Source of the DNA: Octopus sinensis
Taxonomy: Eukaryota
Assembly (NCBI RefSeq): GCF_006345805.1
Contig: NW_021828002.1
Coordinates: 1-9,298, forward strand
Direction of reading: 5' to 3'
DNA length: 9,298 nt
The position numbers and the translations under genes are program-made. Below the pieces are notes generated by a model. The model saw only the letters and a program-made list of their open reading frames with translations, was not told where the DNA came from and searched no databases. Below, piece after piece: positions 1 to 7,748 of the stretch. The number at the start of each line of letters is the position of its first letter. The stretch's first letter is position 1.

Positions 1-50
1 GTACCATACAGAGTGGGGGCTGAATCCAGAACTACGTGGTTGCAGGAAAC
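1..50 (-). mobile_element. Fragment of tRNA-derived SINE head, same family as 1831-2318
   Basis: The reverse complement gtttcctgcaaccacgtagttctggattcagcccccactctgtatggtac aligns by eye with 1866-1911 (gtttcgcaattacatggttctgggttcagtccccctctgtagcac). Confidence 0.6.
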
Positions 51-67
51 CTATTCTGTGCAGATAT

Positions 68-232
68 GGCGGCGAGCTGACAGAATCGTTATCACGCCGG
101 ACCAAATTATTTCGACTCTTTACATTCTGAATTCAAATGCTATCGAGATCGACTTGGTCTTTTATACTTTTGGAGTCGAATAAAATAAAGTAGCAGTCAT
201 GTATGAGCGTCAATGTAATAGACTGCCTGCCC
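68..232 (+). mobile_element. Diverged tRNA-derived SINE, same family as 7472-7748
   Basis: ggcggcgagctgacagaatcgttatcacgccgg...ctgaattcaaatgctatcgagatcgactt...ggagtcgaataaaataaagtagcagt is collinear with the 7472 copy. The 3' boundary is approximate. Confidence 0.75.
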
Positions 233-461
233 CTTAGAATTCCAGGTCCCCAAGAATTCTAGGATATTTCTCCATGGTGACAGCGCTAAGCAGTGATGTG
301 TATAAATACAAACTTGTGACCAGTCCAAATATGTTTGAGGCATATTCGAATCCGTAAGAAAACCATTCTCTGTATTTTGTTTTAGAGAAAATTTCAGGTT
401 AAAGACTAAAGACAGATAAGAGTGATCACATCGAGTCAGTTCGCAACGTCTCTTAACCAGA

Positions 462-509
462 CTGGTGTATGCGCGCATTTCGGAGTGGTTATCTCCTCCT
501 CAGCAGCAG
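462..509 (-). ncRNA. Minimal type I hammerhead ribozyme (Penelope/retrozyme type)
   Basis: The minus strand reads CUGCUG-CUGAGGA-GGAG(AUAACCA)CUCC-GAAA-UGCGCGCA-UA/CACCAG. It has an intact CUGANGA and GAAA core, a 4-bp helix II, a palindromic helix III (AUGCGCGCAU), an AUA cleavage triplet, and helix I with 5 of 6 pairs. Confidence 0.8.
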
Positions 510-518
510 AGACCGGAT

Positions 519-559
519 AGGTAGACACTGAAAGGTAGACACTGAAAGATAGACCGAAA
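519..559. repeat. Short 14-bp tandem repeat
   Basis: aggtagacactgaa x2 (519-546) followed by degenerate agatagaccgaaa. Confidence 0.85.
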
Positions 560-1089
560 AGGTTGCGCTATTCAGCAGTTCGCCGTAAATAAAATGCGAG
601 GTGACAGCGCTAAGCAGTGATGTGCATAAATGCAAACTTGTTACCAGTTTGCGTGTATAATCATTCCAAGTATGTCTCTGAAAAAAAAAAAAAAAAGAAA
701 TGGGCGCTTGCCTCTTTAACTCATAAACAATGTTGTATCAACGAAATTTTGATATCAACAACATTATAGAATTACACATTAAACCATTAAACATTAAATT
801 CCCCCAAAACAACCGTGGCGTTTGTGCGTTTTTATGTTGTTCCACTTTGTAAAAATAATGATTGCATTTGCGAATTACGTGTTAGATGTTCTCTCTCCTT
901 GCCTTGGCCTGAAAACTAACGAGATTTTGTGAATGTTTTGAGTGTTTTTGTTTGTTTGGAAAGCAATTTTCTTGTGCATAGCTATTAACTCTAAACACAG
1001 GAGTCGGAGAAAAACCATATCTTCTCTGTTACAGTTGAAATTAAAAGCTGAATAACATTGCTATTTAATCTAAATTTTGTTTTATGACT

Positions 1090-1323
1090 GTATACACACA
1101 CACATGTACGTATATATATATATATTATATAATATATATATATATATTTATATGGTGTATGGGATGGTGTGTGGTGTGGTGTGTGTGGTGTGTGTGTGTA
1201 TTATATATATATATCTGTGTGTGTGTGAATATATGTACGTACATATATAATATATATGTATATATATATATATGTGTGGTGTGTGTTGTGTGTGTGGTAT
1301 GTACGTATGTATGTATATGTATG

Positions 1324-1406
<83 letters not shown>

Positions 1407-1550
1407 GTGTGTGTTGTGTGTATCTATATATATATATATATATATATATCTATATGTATGTTATATATATATGTGTGTGTGTTTGTGTGTATCTATATAT
1501 GTATGTATATGTATATATACATATAAACACACACAACACACACACATGTT
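1090..1550. repeat. Compound (TA)n/(TG)n/(CA)n microsatellite
   Basis: Directly visible dinucleotide runs. They generate the YI/CV-rich spurious ORFs. Confidence 0.95.
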
Positions 1551-1830
1551 TGTATGTAATCCATGCATGTTTAAGTATGTATTGGTTTACCGAATTTAAA
1601 GTTTCTTGGTTTTAATTCTTGTTTGTCTTCATATTCGTTGAGAAGTCATTCTTCATGAATTTTGGCGCTAAAACTTTATCCTTGGACTTATTCCAGTTTG
1701 TTTGTTCTCGCCATTCCTTGTACTTTAGGGATAAAAATACGCCCTTTTCTAATACGTACGCATATACAGAAAAATCCCCCATTCTAAGAATCCCAGAGGA
1801 AGTTACACACTGGCATATAGATACATTTCA

Positions 1831-2007
1831 GTAGGAATTAACACGTGGCGATGCGATAAGACGTTTGTTTCGCAATTACATGGTTCTGGGTTCAGTCCCC
1901 CTCTGTAGCACCTTGGACATGTGTCTTCTACTATAGTCTCGGGCCGACCAAAGCCATGTGAGTGGATTTGGTAGACGGAAATAGAAAGAAGCCTGTCGTA
2001 TGTATAC

Positions 2008-2075
<68 letters not shown>

Positions 2076-2318
2076 ATGCGTGTGTGTGTGCGCGTGTGTC
2101 TATGTGTATGCGTCTGTGTTTGTCCTCAGCCACCGTCTGACAATTGGTGTTAGTGTGTTTACGACACCATAACTTAGCGGCTCGGTGAAAGGGAACCGAT
2201 AGAACAAGTACTAGGCTTTACAAAAAGATAATAAGTACCGGGGTCGATTCATTCAACTAAATTTCTTCAAGGAGGTACTCCAGCATGGCCGCAGACTAAT
2301 GACTGAATCAAGTAAAAG
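1831..2318 (+). mobile_element. tRNA-derived SINE with internal (TA)(TG)n microsatellite
   Basis: Degenerate tRNA-like head with B-box-like gggttcagtcc, body caccttggacatgtgtcttctactatag...gtgagtggatttggtagacggaaa, internal TG tract (~2000-2110), and 3' part ending cagcatggccgcag...gactgaatcaagtaaaag. Partial copies lie at 1-50 and 4119-4286. Confidence 0.8.
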
Positions 2319-2921
2319 TTACAGACAGGTACGCACGCACGCGCGCGCACACACGCACACATTATCTTGTCGCCACCATTCCAACGGAACCGACCATTTC
2401 CCTTGTTTCAACTTTCATTGACCATAAAGTTTCAGCTTTAAAGAATCTTCAGGTTTCAAATAAGAACACAATTCCTAAACTGTGCCTCTTTCACAATTCC
2501 AGGCTACCTACAACAAATTTGCTGTTATTTACAAGATCAATCTATTGGTAAAAATAAACCCAAGGGAAATTCCGAACAACAGATCGTCAGAGAAGTACCC
2601 GCCACCAAGTGTTTCGGCTTTTCCCGTTTTTAGGGGTCCCTCTGTATCCAGGGCATGACTCCTGGATGTTCTTCCTTACCGCCATTTTCTGGACTACTGT
2701 CTGAATTGAAACCTGTACCGTCCTCGGTGTTACGTCACACATCATAACGAACTAAAGAAATGGAATAATAGAAGAAACACGAAAAAGTTGAGAAGGCAGC
2801 AGAGAGAAAATGCAGACCGTAAACAACGGGAAACGAAAAACGGAAAACGAAAAACAGAAATTGAAAGGTAAAAGAGCTATCCTCTTTAGATCTTAAATGA
2901 TAAGGCTGGAAAGATATCAAG

Positions 2922-4100
2922 TCAGTCAGGAATAGGCGGAATTTTCCAATTCTTCAAAATATATTTATACATATTCATGCAATCAATGAAAATTTCTGAC
3001 CTGGAGAGTTAGGGATCTTAGATCTGAGCAGAATCTGCGCTCTTACAGCCCCCAAAAGTCTACATTTATTCGATCCGCTCACATAAGGTATGGCTTTCTC
3101 AATTACTTTCCATTAAACACATACGGTGTTTCGTTATCTTTCAAAGTCCATACGTAGCTAGCCAACGTAGTAGCTTTACTTTTGTCCCTATGTCGAAAGG
3201 AGTCGATATGGTTGGCATAGCGATTTTTAAATTCACCTTCACGTAATCCAATATAGGTCTTCTTACCAGTTGTATTATTATTTAGGGTTGCAGTAACTGC
3301 TGCCTCTTATATGATAGATTTAGTCATACGTCGTTGGTCAAGTGGACAGGATCCTGGGTCGCGACAGTTGCAACTGGATTCAGGATCTTGGTATCGACCA
3401 CATGTAATGACACTCTTCATATTGGAGCAGCAGCTATATGATAATTTAACAGAACGCCTATTAAATATTTTCCTGTATATCTGTGAGTGTGAAGGCGCAT
3501 GGTTCAGTGGTTAGAGCGTCGAGCTTACGATCGTGAGGTTGTGAGCTCGAATCCTGGACCGGGCTGCGTGTTGTGTTCTTGAGTAAGACATTTCATTTCA
3601 CGTAGCTCCAGTTCACTCAGCTGTAGAAATGAGTTGTGACATCATTGGTGCCAAACTGTATCAGCTTTTGCCTTTCCCTTGGATAACATCAGTGGTGTGG
3701 AGAAGGGAGGATGGTATGCTTGGGTGACTGTTGGTCTTCCATAAACAACCCTGCCCGGACTTGTGCCTGGGAAGGTAACTTTCTAGGTGCAATCCCATGG
3801 TCTGTGTCGTCACCGAAGGGGGTCTCAGATATCTGTGAGTGGCTGGAAAGTGTTTGTCTAGGAGCGACAGAAATCTTTTACCAATGTTAGTTTATATATT
3901 AAGGGAAAAAGGAAGGACAAACCAACTAATTTTTCTTGGCCTATTTTTATCTTTGAAGCCTTGTTATAATAGGAGGCAACCTTTTCAAAAAGATTTTTGG
4001 AAGAAGAGAGGTTAGAAACCCTGTTACTAATAGTAGCTATCAGGTTTCTAAATATTACAGGAGGTTGACAAGACTGTTTATGTACATATGCGAGTTTCTC
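2922..4100 (-). mobile_element. Decayed Penelope-like retroelement ORF remnant: RT C-terminal region, Cys-rich linker and GIY-YIG endonuclease
   Basis: Manual minus-strand translation: LAYVHKQSCQPPVIFRNLIATISNRVSNLSSSKNLFEKVASYYNKA / [38 protein letters not shown] [SINE insertion] [24 protein letters not shown]...SCNCRDPGSCPLDQRRMTKSII*EAAVTATLNNNTTGKKTYIGLREGEFKNRYANHIDSFRHRDKSKATTLASYVWTLKDN...KAIPYVSGSNKCRL / RSEIFIDCMNMYKYILKNWKIPPIPD*. These match recalled PLE motifs (WFNPPFS, KIFNRN.VK.SYSC, CNC..CPL, YIG...FK.RY..H). Stops at 3892-3894 and 3307-3309; frameshifts near 3955 and 3010. Confidence 0.9.
3490..3828 (+). mobile_element. tRNA-derived CORE-like SINE with 13-bp TSD, nested in the Penelope-like ORF
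   Basis: A box tggttcagtgg (3500-3510), B box agctcgaatcc (3544-3554), and CORE-like tgtgttcttgagtaagacatttcatttcacgtagctccagttcactcagctgtagaaatgag. It is flanked by atatctgtgagtg at 3477-3489 and 3829-3841. Confidence 0.9.
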
Positions 4101-4118
4101 ATATATTTAATAGGCACA

Positions 4119-4286
4119 GTAGGTGCAGCATGGGTGTGTGGTTAAGAAGCTCGCATTGCACCCACTTGGTTTCGGGTTTAGTCTTTCTGCACAGCATCTT
4201 GTGTAAATGTCTTATGCTATAGCTACGTGCTGATAAATACATTGTGGGTAAACTTGGGGGACAGAAACTCTGTAAAAGCCCTTCGT
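4119..4286 (+). mobile_element. Diverged 5' half of SINE (1831 family)
   Basis: gtaggtgcagcatgggtgtgtggttaagaagc...gggtttagtc...tgtcttatgctatagc...gacagaaactctgtaaaagcccttcgtata is collinear with 1831-2000 and runs into a microsatellite at the equivalent position. Confidence 0.7.
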
Positions 4287-4380
4287 ATACATACATACAT
4301 ACATACATACATACATACACACATACATACATACAAACCTGCACATACATACATACATACATACATACATACATACATAC
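4287..4380. repeat. (CATA)n microsatellite
   Basis: Direct tetranucleotide run with one interruption (aaacctgca). Confidence 0.95.
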
Positions 4381-4816
4381 ATGATGGCTGCCCCCTCGTT
4401 ACCGAGTATGGCCATTGCACGAAGCTTAACTGTTACTGGTGCTGTGATCGAATGTGACTTTTTAGCCCAGCCAAAGATCTACAATGTCTTGTACAGAATT
4501 GGCAGCTAAAACCTTTACCGGCAGTAGCCAGCTGTAGTTGTAACTGGGCTTCATGTACCTTTGCATGTCGTTTAAGTCCTCCTGCCGAATTACACTCTCT
4601 TCCACATGTCCGACAGATATGATTAGTAAGGTGTGTTACACCACCACCAGTGGCCAGGTTGTCACTCATCTGTCTCGCTTTATGACTACGAAGATGACTC
4701 TTGAGTCCAGCTTTACTGAGGCAGGGTCTTGCACAGACACTGCATGTCAGCGTCATAGGAAGACCCTTCCCATCTGGAAGTGTAACAGCATAAAGCAAAG
4801 CATACAAATCAGCGCA
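4381..4816 (-). mobile_element. 5'-truncated RTE-like LINE 3' end with three C2H2-like motifs, copy 1
   Basis: Encodes CSVCARPCLSKAGLKSHLRSH, CRTCGRECNSAGGLKRHAKVH and CQFCTRHCRSLAGLKSHIRSQH, with a stop at 4433-4435. A ~50-nt 3' UTR follows (gccatactcggtaacgagggggcagcc) and then a short trinucleotide tail. The CxxC.R.C.S..GL.SH.R.H motif, short UTR and simple-repeat tail are typical of RTE-clade ends. There are no TGEKP linkers. Confidence 0.7.
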
Positions 4817-4830
4817 CATACATACATACA

Positions 4831-5271
4831 TTATTATTATGGCTGCTCCCTCGTTACCGAGTATGGCCATTGCACGAAGCTTAACTGTTACTGGTGCTGT
4901 GATCGAATGTGACTTTTTAGCCCAGCCAAAGATCTACAATGTCTTGTACAGAATTGGCAGCTAAAACCTTTACCGGCAGTAGCCAGCTGTAGTTGTAACT
5001 GGGCTTCATGTACCTTTGCATGTCGTTTAAGTCCTCCTGCCGAATTACACTCTCTTCCACATGTCCGACAGATATGATTAGTATGGTGTGTTACACCACC
5101 ACCAGTGGCCAGGTTGTCACTCATCTGTCTGGCTTTATGACTACGAAGATGACTCTTGAGTCCAGCTTTACTGAGGCAGGGTCTTGCAAAGACACTGCAT
5201 GTCAGCGTCATAGGAAGACCCTTCCCATCTGGAAGTGTAACAGCATAAAGCAAAGCATACAAATCAGCGCA
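4831..5271 (-). mobile_element. 5'-truncated RTE-like LINE 3' end, copy 2 (tandem duplicate)
   Basis: Offset 455 bp from copy 1. Four substitutions found by eye (4392/4847, 4629/5084, 4676/5131, 4734/5189). The tail reads (ATA)n on the minus strand, and the first finger carries C-to-F. Confidence 0.7.
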
Positions 5272-5395
5272 CATACATACATACATACATACATACATAC
5301 ATACATACACACATACATACATACATACATACATACATACATACATACATACATACATACATACATACATGCATGCATGCATGCATACATACATT
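5272..5395. repeat. (CATA)n/(CATG)n microsatellite
   Basis: Direct tetranucleotide runs. Confidence 0.95.
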
Positions 5396-5790
5396 TATGT
5401 GTGTATGTATGTAAACATAGACGTTTTCCTTAAATGCACGACTGTCTTCAAGTTTTATGTTTTAGAGCTTTTTATATTTCTATACTTCTGGAAACGAAGA
5501 AAAGATCACCTCCCATTATTGTCTTTCTGTATATATACCGATATGTTAATATGCCCGCGTGTTTCTGTTTGTAAATAGAACAAGCATAGCCGTCACTCGC
5601 AAGCGAGTATGACCTGCTGGTCTATACTCTGTTTTCCCCAGTTGTTTTTGGTGTTTATATCGTCGCGAGTAGAGATAGATAAACTCTCAATCTCTCCACC
5701 CTTCACTCTGCTGCACATTCAGGGTTTGACAGCTGGAAAGAGAGAAAGGGATGCACCAGCAATAGGGTGGTACTCCTTTACGTCTGTGCA

Positions 5791-5840
5791 AACTGGAGCA
5801 ACGTGAAACAATAATGAGGCTTGCTCAAAGACACAGCGTG
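5791..5840 (-). mobile_element. CORE-like SINE fragment
   Basis: aactggagcaacgtgaaacaataatgaggcttgctcaaagacacagcg is the approximate reverse complement of 3566-3613 in the nested SINE. Confidence 0.6.
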
Positions 5841-5896
5841 CCGACATCTTAAACGCCAGGCTATGCCCTGCGATGTCTACACATGTGTACGTGCAT

Positions 5897-5897
<1 letters not shown>

Positions 5898-5933
<36 letters not shown>

Positions 5934-6280
5934 CTCTCTCTCTCTCTCTCTCCCTCTCTCTCTCACATACAGATACACATATACACACACACACACTCAC
6001 ACACACACATACACACACACTCACACACACACACACTATCTCTCTCTCTCTCACATATAGACACACACACACACTCTCTCTCTCTCTCTCACATACAGAT
6101 ACACACACACACACACACACACTCTCTCTCTCTCACACATATACAGATACACACACACACACACTCTCTCTCTCTCTCACATACAGATACACACACACAC
6201 ACACTCTCTCTCTCACATACACACACACACACTCTCTCTCTCTCACACACACTCACACACGTACATACACGCATATACAC
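5898..6280. repeat. Compound (CA)n/(CT)n array with a higher-order unit
   Basis: Recurring unit (CT)n-cacatacagata-(CA)n of about 30-45 bp, present about six times. Confidence 0.9.
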
Positions 6281-6337
6281 GTAGATCGCTAGCCACTACA
6301 CATTCTTTATTTTCTCCCTTGTTTCTTTCTGTGTTCC

Positions 6338-6371
6338 TTTCTGTGGAAGAGCGTAGGCTCGAAACGTTAAA
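6338..6371 (+). ncRNA. Variant or degenerate minimal hammerhead-like motif, in a probable Penelope pLTR fragment (~6281-6465)
   Basis: UUU-CUGUGGA-A-GAGC(GUAG)GCUC-GAAA-CG-UU-AAA. Helix II and the GAAACGUH arm are intact, but core A6 is U and helix I is only 3 bp. Confidence 0.5.
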
Positions 6372-6698
6372 TACTTTTTCACTTCCCGAGCGTTAAACTA
6401 ATACATCTATTTGTTGTCCACACCACCTATCTTCGCTTTTTTTTTTTTGTGAATTCTCCCCCTATAAATGCACGTACATATATATACATACCCAAAGATG
6501 AATCGGTAGTAAGATAAACACACACACACAATGTACAAATAAAGTATTTCGATAATATTTCCTAATTAAAACAGGAACTCTTTAAAATATAATTGGTAAT
6601 TTGCGAACATACAGTAATAATTAATCACGTGATAAATTTTAATCCATTCTCTAAATGTGATTAAAACAAACGCATTTATCTTCTAAAAAGATTTGTTT

Positions 6699-6774
6699 TT
6701 AAATATAAAAACTGGTTTCAAGGGAAATAACTCTAAACGTAGTTGTTTCCCTTGAAATCAATTTTTTTATTTAA
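6699..6774. repeat. Inverted repeat / hairpin with 34-bp arms and 8-nt loop
   Basis: 6699-6732 versus the reverse complement of 6741-6774 is 30/34 identical. The loop is ctaaacgt. Confidence 0.9.
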
Positions 6775-6892
6775 TTTTAGATTTTAATTTCTTTTTTCTT
6801 TTCGTTGATATATTTTATCTGGGAACATATTCATATTTAATGGAGTCAGGAAATTACTGAATTAAATAAATGCTTTGTAATGTTAACTTTTA

Positions 6893-6995
6893 TTTGAGTT
6901 CAAATCTCACAGAAGATGTCGAGTTTTTTTTTTTTAACTTTTCCGGGGCGGATAAACTAAAGTAGCCATTAAATGTTAGGTTTGATTTCTTATCC
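6893..6995 (+). mobile_element. Highly diverged SINE fragment (7472 family)
   Basis: tgagttcaaatctc...gtcgagttt...ttttccggggcggataaactaaagtagcc resembles 7543-7610. Confidence 0.45.
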
Positions 6996-7291
6996 GAAAA
7001 TATTTGGCTTTTAAACACTGTGTTAAGAAAGACGGGTGGTAGAAGATACGGGTAGCGGATTGTAACAATGACGGTGGGTGAAAGTCGGGTTTTTAGACTC
7101 TACCTGTTAAGGTTTGCGAGGGAGAAGGAGCTTTCTTAAGCCAGCAACACCTTAGGCAAGTATTTTCTGCACCATTTTTTATTGAATTAAAGACCTTGCG
7201 AGATTCTCTGTCCAAATCTCACGCACTTCTGATTTCTCTTGAGATGGACACCTCGTAGCAGCCCACGAAACTTTAAGTCAAATGGAGCCGA

Positions 7292-7324
7292 ATTAAACTG
7301 TTATTTTAAAATGTGTGTGCGTGC

Positions 7325-7385
<61 letters not shown>

Positions 7386-7460
7386 TACGTGCGTGCGTAC
7401 ACACACACACATGATATGATATGATATGGTATGATATATGTATGTATACTGCATGTATAT
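7292..7460. repeat. (TG)n/(TGCG)n/(CA)n/(ATATG)n microsatellite cluster
   Basis: Direct simple-repeat runs, mostly within 7312-7460. Confidence 0.85.
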
Positions 7461-7471
7461 GTAGCACGAAA

Positions 7472-7699
7472 GGCGGCGAGCTGGCAGTAACGTTAGCACG
7501 CTGGGCGAAATGCTTAGCAGTATTTCGTCTGTCGCTACGTTCCGAGTTCAAATTCCGCCGAGGTCGACTTTGCCTTTCATCCTTTCGGTGTCGATAAATT
7601 AAGTACTAGTTATGCACTGGGGTCGATGTAATCGACTTAACCCCTTTGTCTGTCCTTGTTTGTCCCCTCTATGTTTAGCCCCTTATGGGCAATAAAGAA

Positions 7700-7730
<31 letters not shown>

Positions 7731-7748
7731 TGTATGTATGTATGTATG
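7472..7748 (+). mobile_element. Apparently full-length tRNA-derived SINE with (TATG)n tail and near-perfect TSD
   Basis: Head ggcggcgagctggcag, B box gagttcaaattcc (7544-7556), central gtcgactttgcctttcatcctttcggtgtcgataaattaagtac (recalled as Deu/Nin-like domain, tentative), then aataaagaaa and (TATG)n. Flanks are tatgtagcacgaaa (7458-7471) and tatgtagcagaaa (7749-7761). Confidence 0.88.

Larger units (their letters stand above)
276..675. repeat. Direct repeat pair (276-324 and 600-648, 324-bp spacing) enclosing a hammerhead motif
   Basis: 46/49 identical (ggtgacagcgctaagcagtgatgtgYataaatRcaaacttgtKaccagt). Similarity resumes as ccaaatatgt (325-334) and ccaagtatgt (666-675) after a 17-nt indel. 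Confidence 0.9.

Noticed and set aside
276-648. CRISPR array or LTR retrotransposon
   Set aside because: Only two repeats 324 bp apart in a eukaryotic context, with no TG...CA ends, PBS or PPT.
729-765. Bulged hairpin aatgttg-tatcaa...ttgata-tcaa-caacatt
   Set aside because: Short and AT-rich, so plausible by chance.
1084-1615. ORFs of 84-171 aa rich in Y/I/C/V
   Set aside because: They are translations of TA/TG microsatellite.
1614-1800. Minus-strand open stretch (KYKEWREQTNWNKSKDKVLAPKF) vaguely LINE-like
   Set aside because: Similarity is too weak to call without a search.
2560-2595. Possible third hammerhead (minus-strand CUGACGA followed by a weak stem)
   Set aside because: No GAAA core or helix III/I pairing follows.
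2710-2871. Open K/R/E-rich frame ending near a possible aag/gtaaaa donor
   Set aside because: Purine-rich low-complexity sequence with no recognisable domain or convincing acceptor.
3493-3565. tRNA gene
   Set aside because: A and B boxes are present but there is no clean cloverleaf. It continues into a SINE body bounded by a TSD.
4433-5394. Host C2H2 zinc-finger gene pair
   Set aside because: No TGEKP linkers, starts derive from microsatellite or UTR, and each copy ends in a LINE-like short UTR and simple-repeat tail.
4553-5433. Plus-strand ORFs of 119 and 141 aa
   Set aside because: They are antisense shadows of the zinc-finger frames with no recognisable motifs.
5719-6292. HT/LS/CV/ER-rich ORFs
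   Set aside because: They are translations of CA/CT repeats. The same applies to the ORFs at 1876-2133, 4099-4457, 5208-5390 and 7239-7551.
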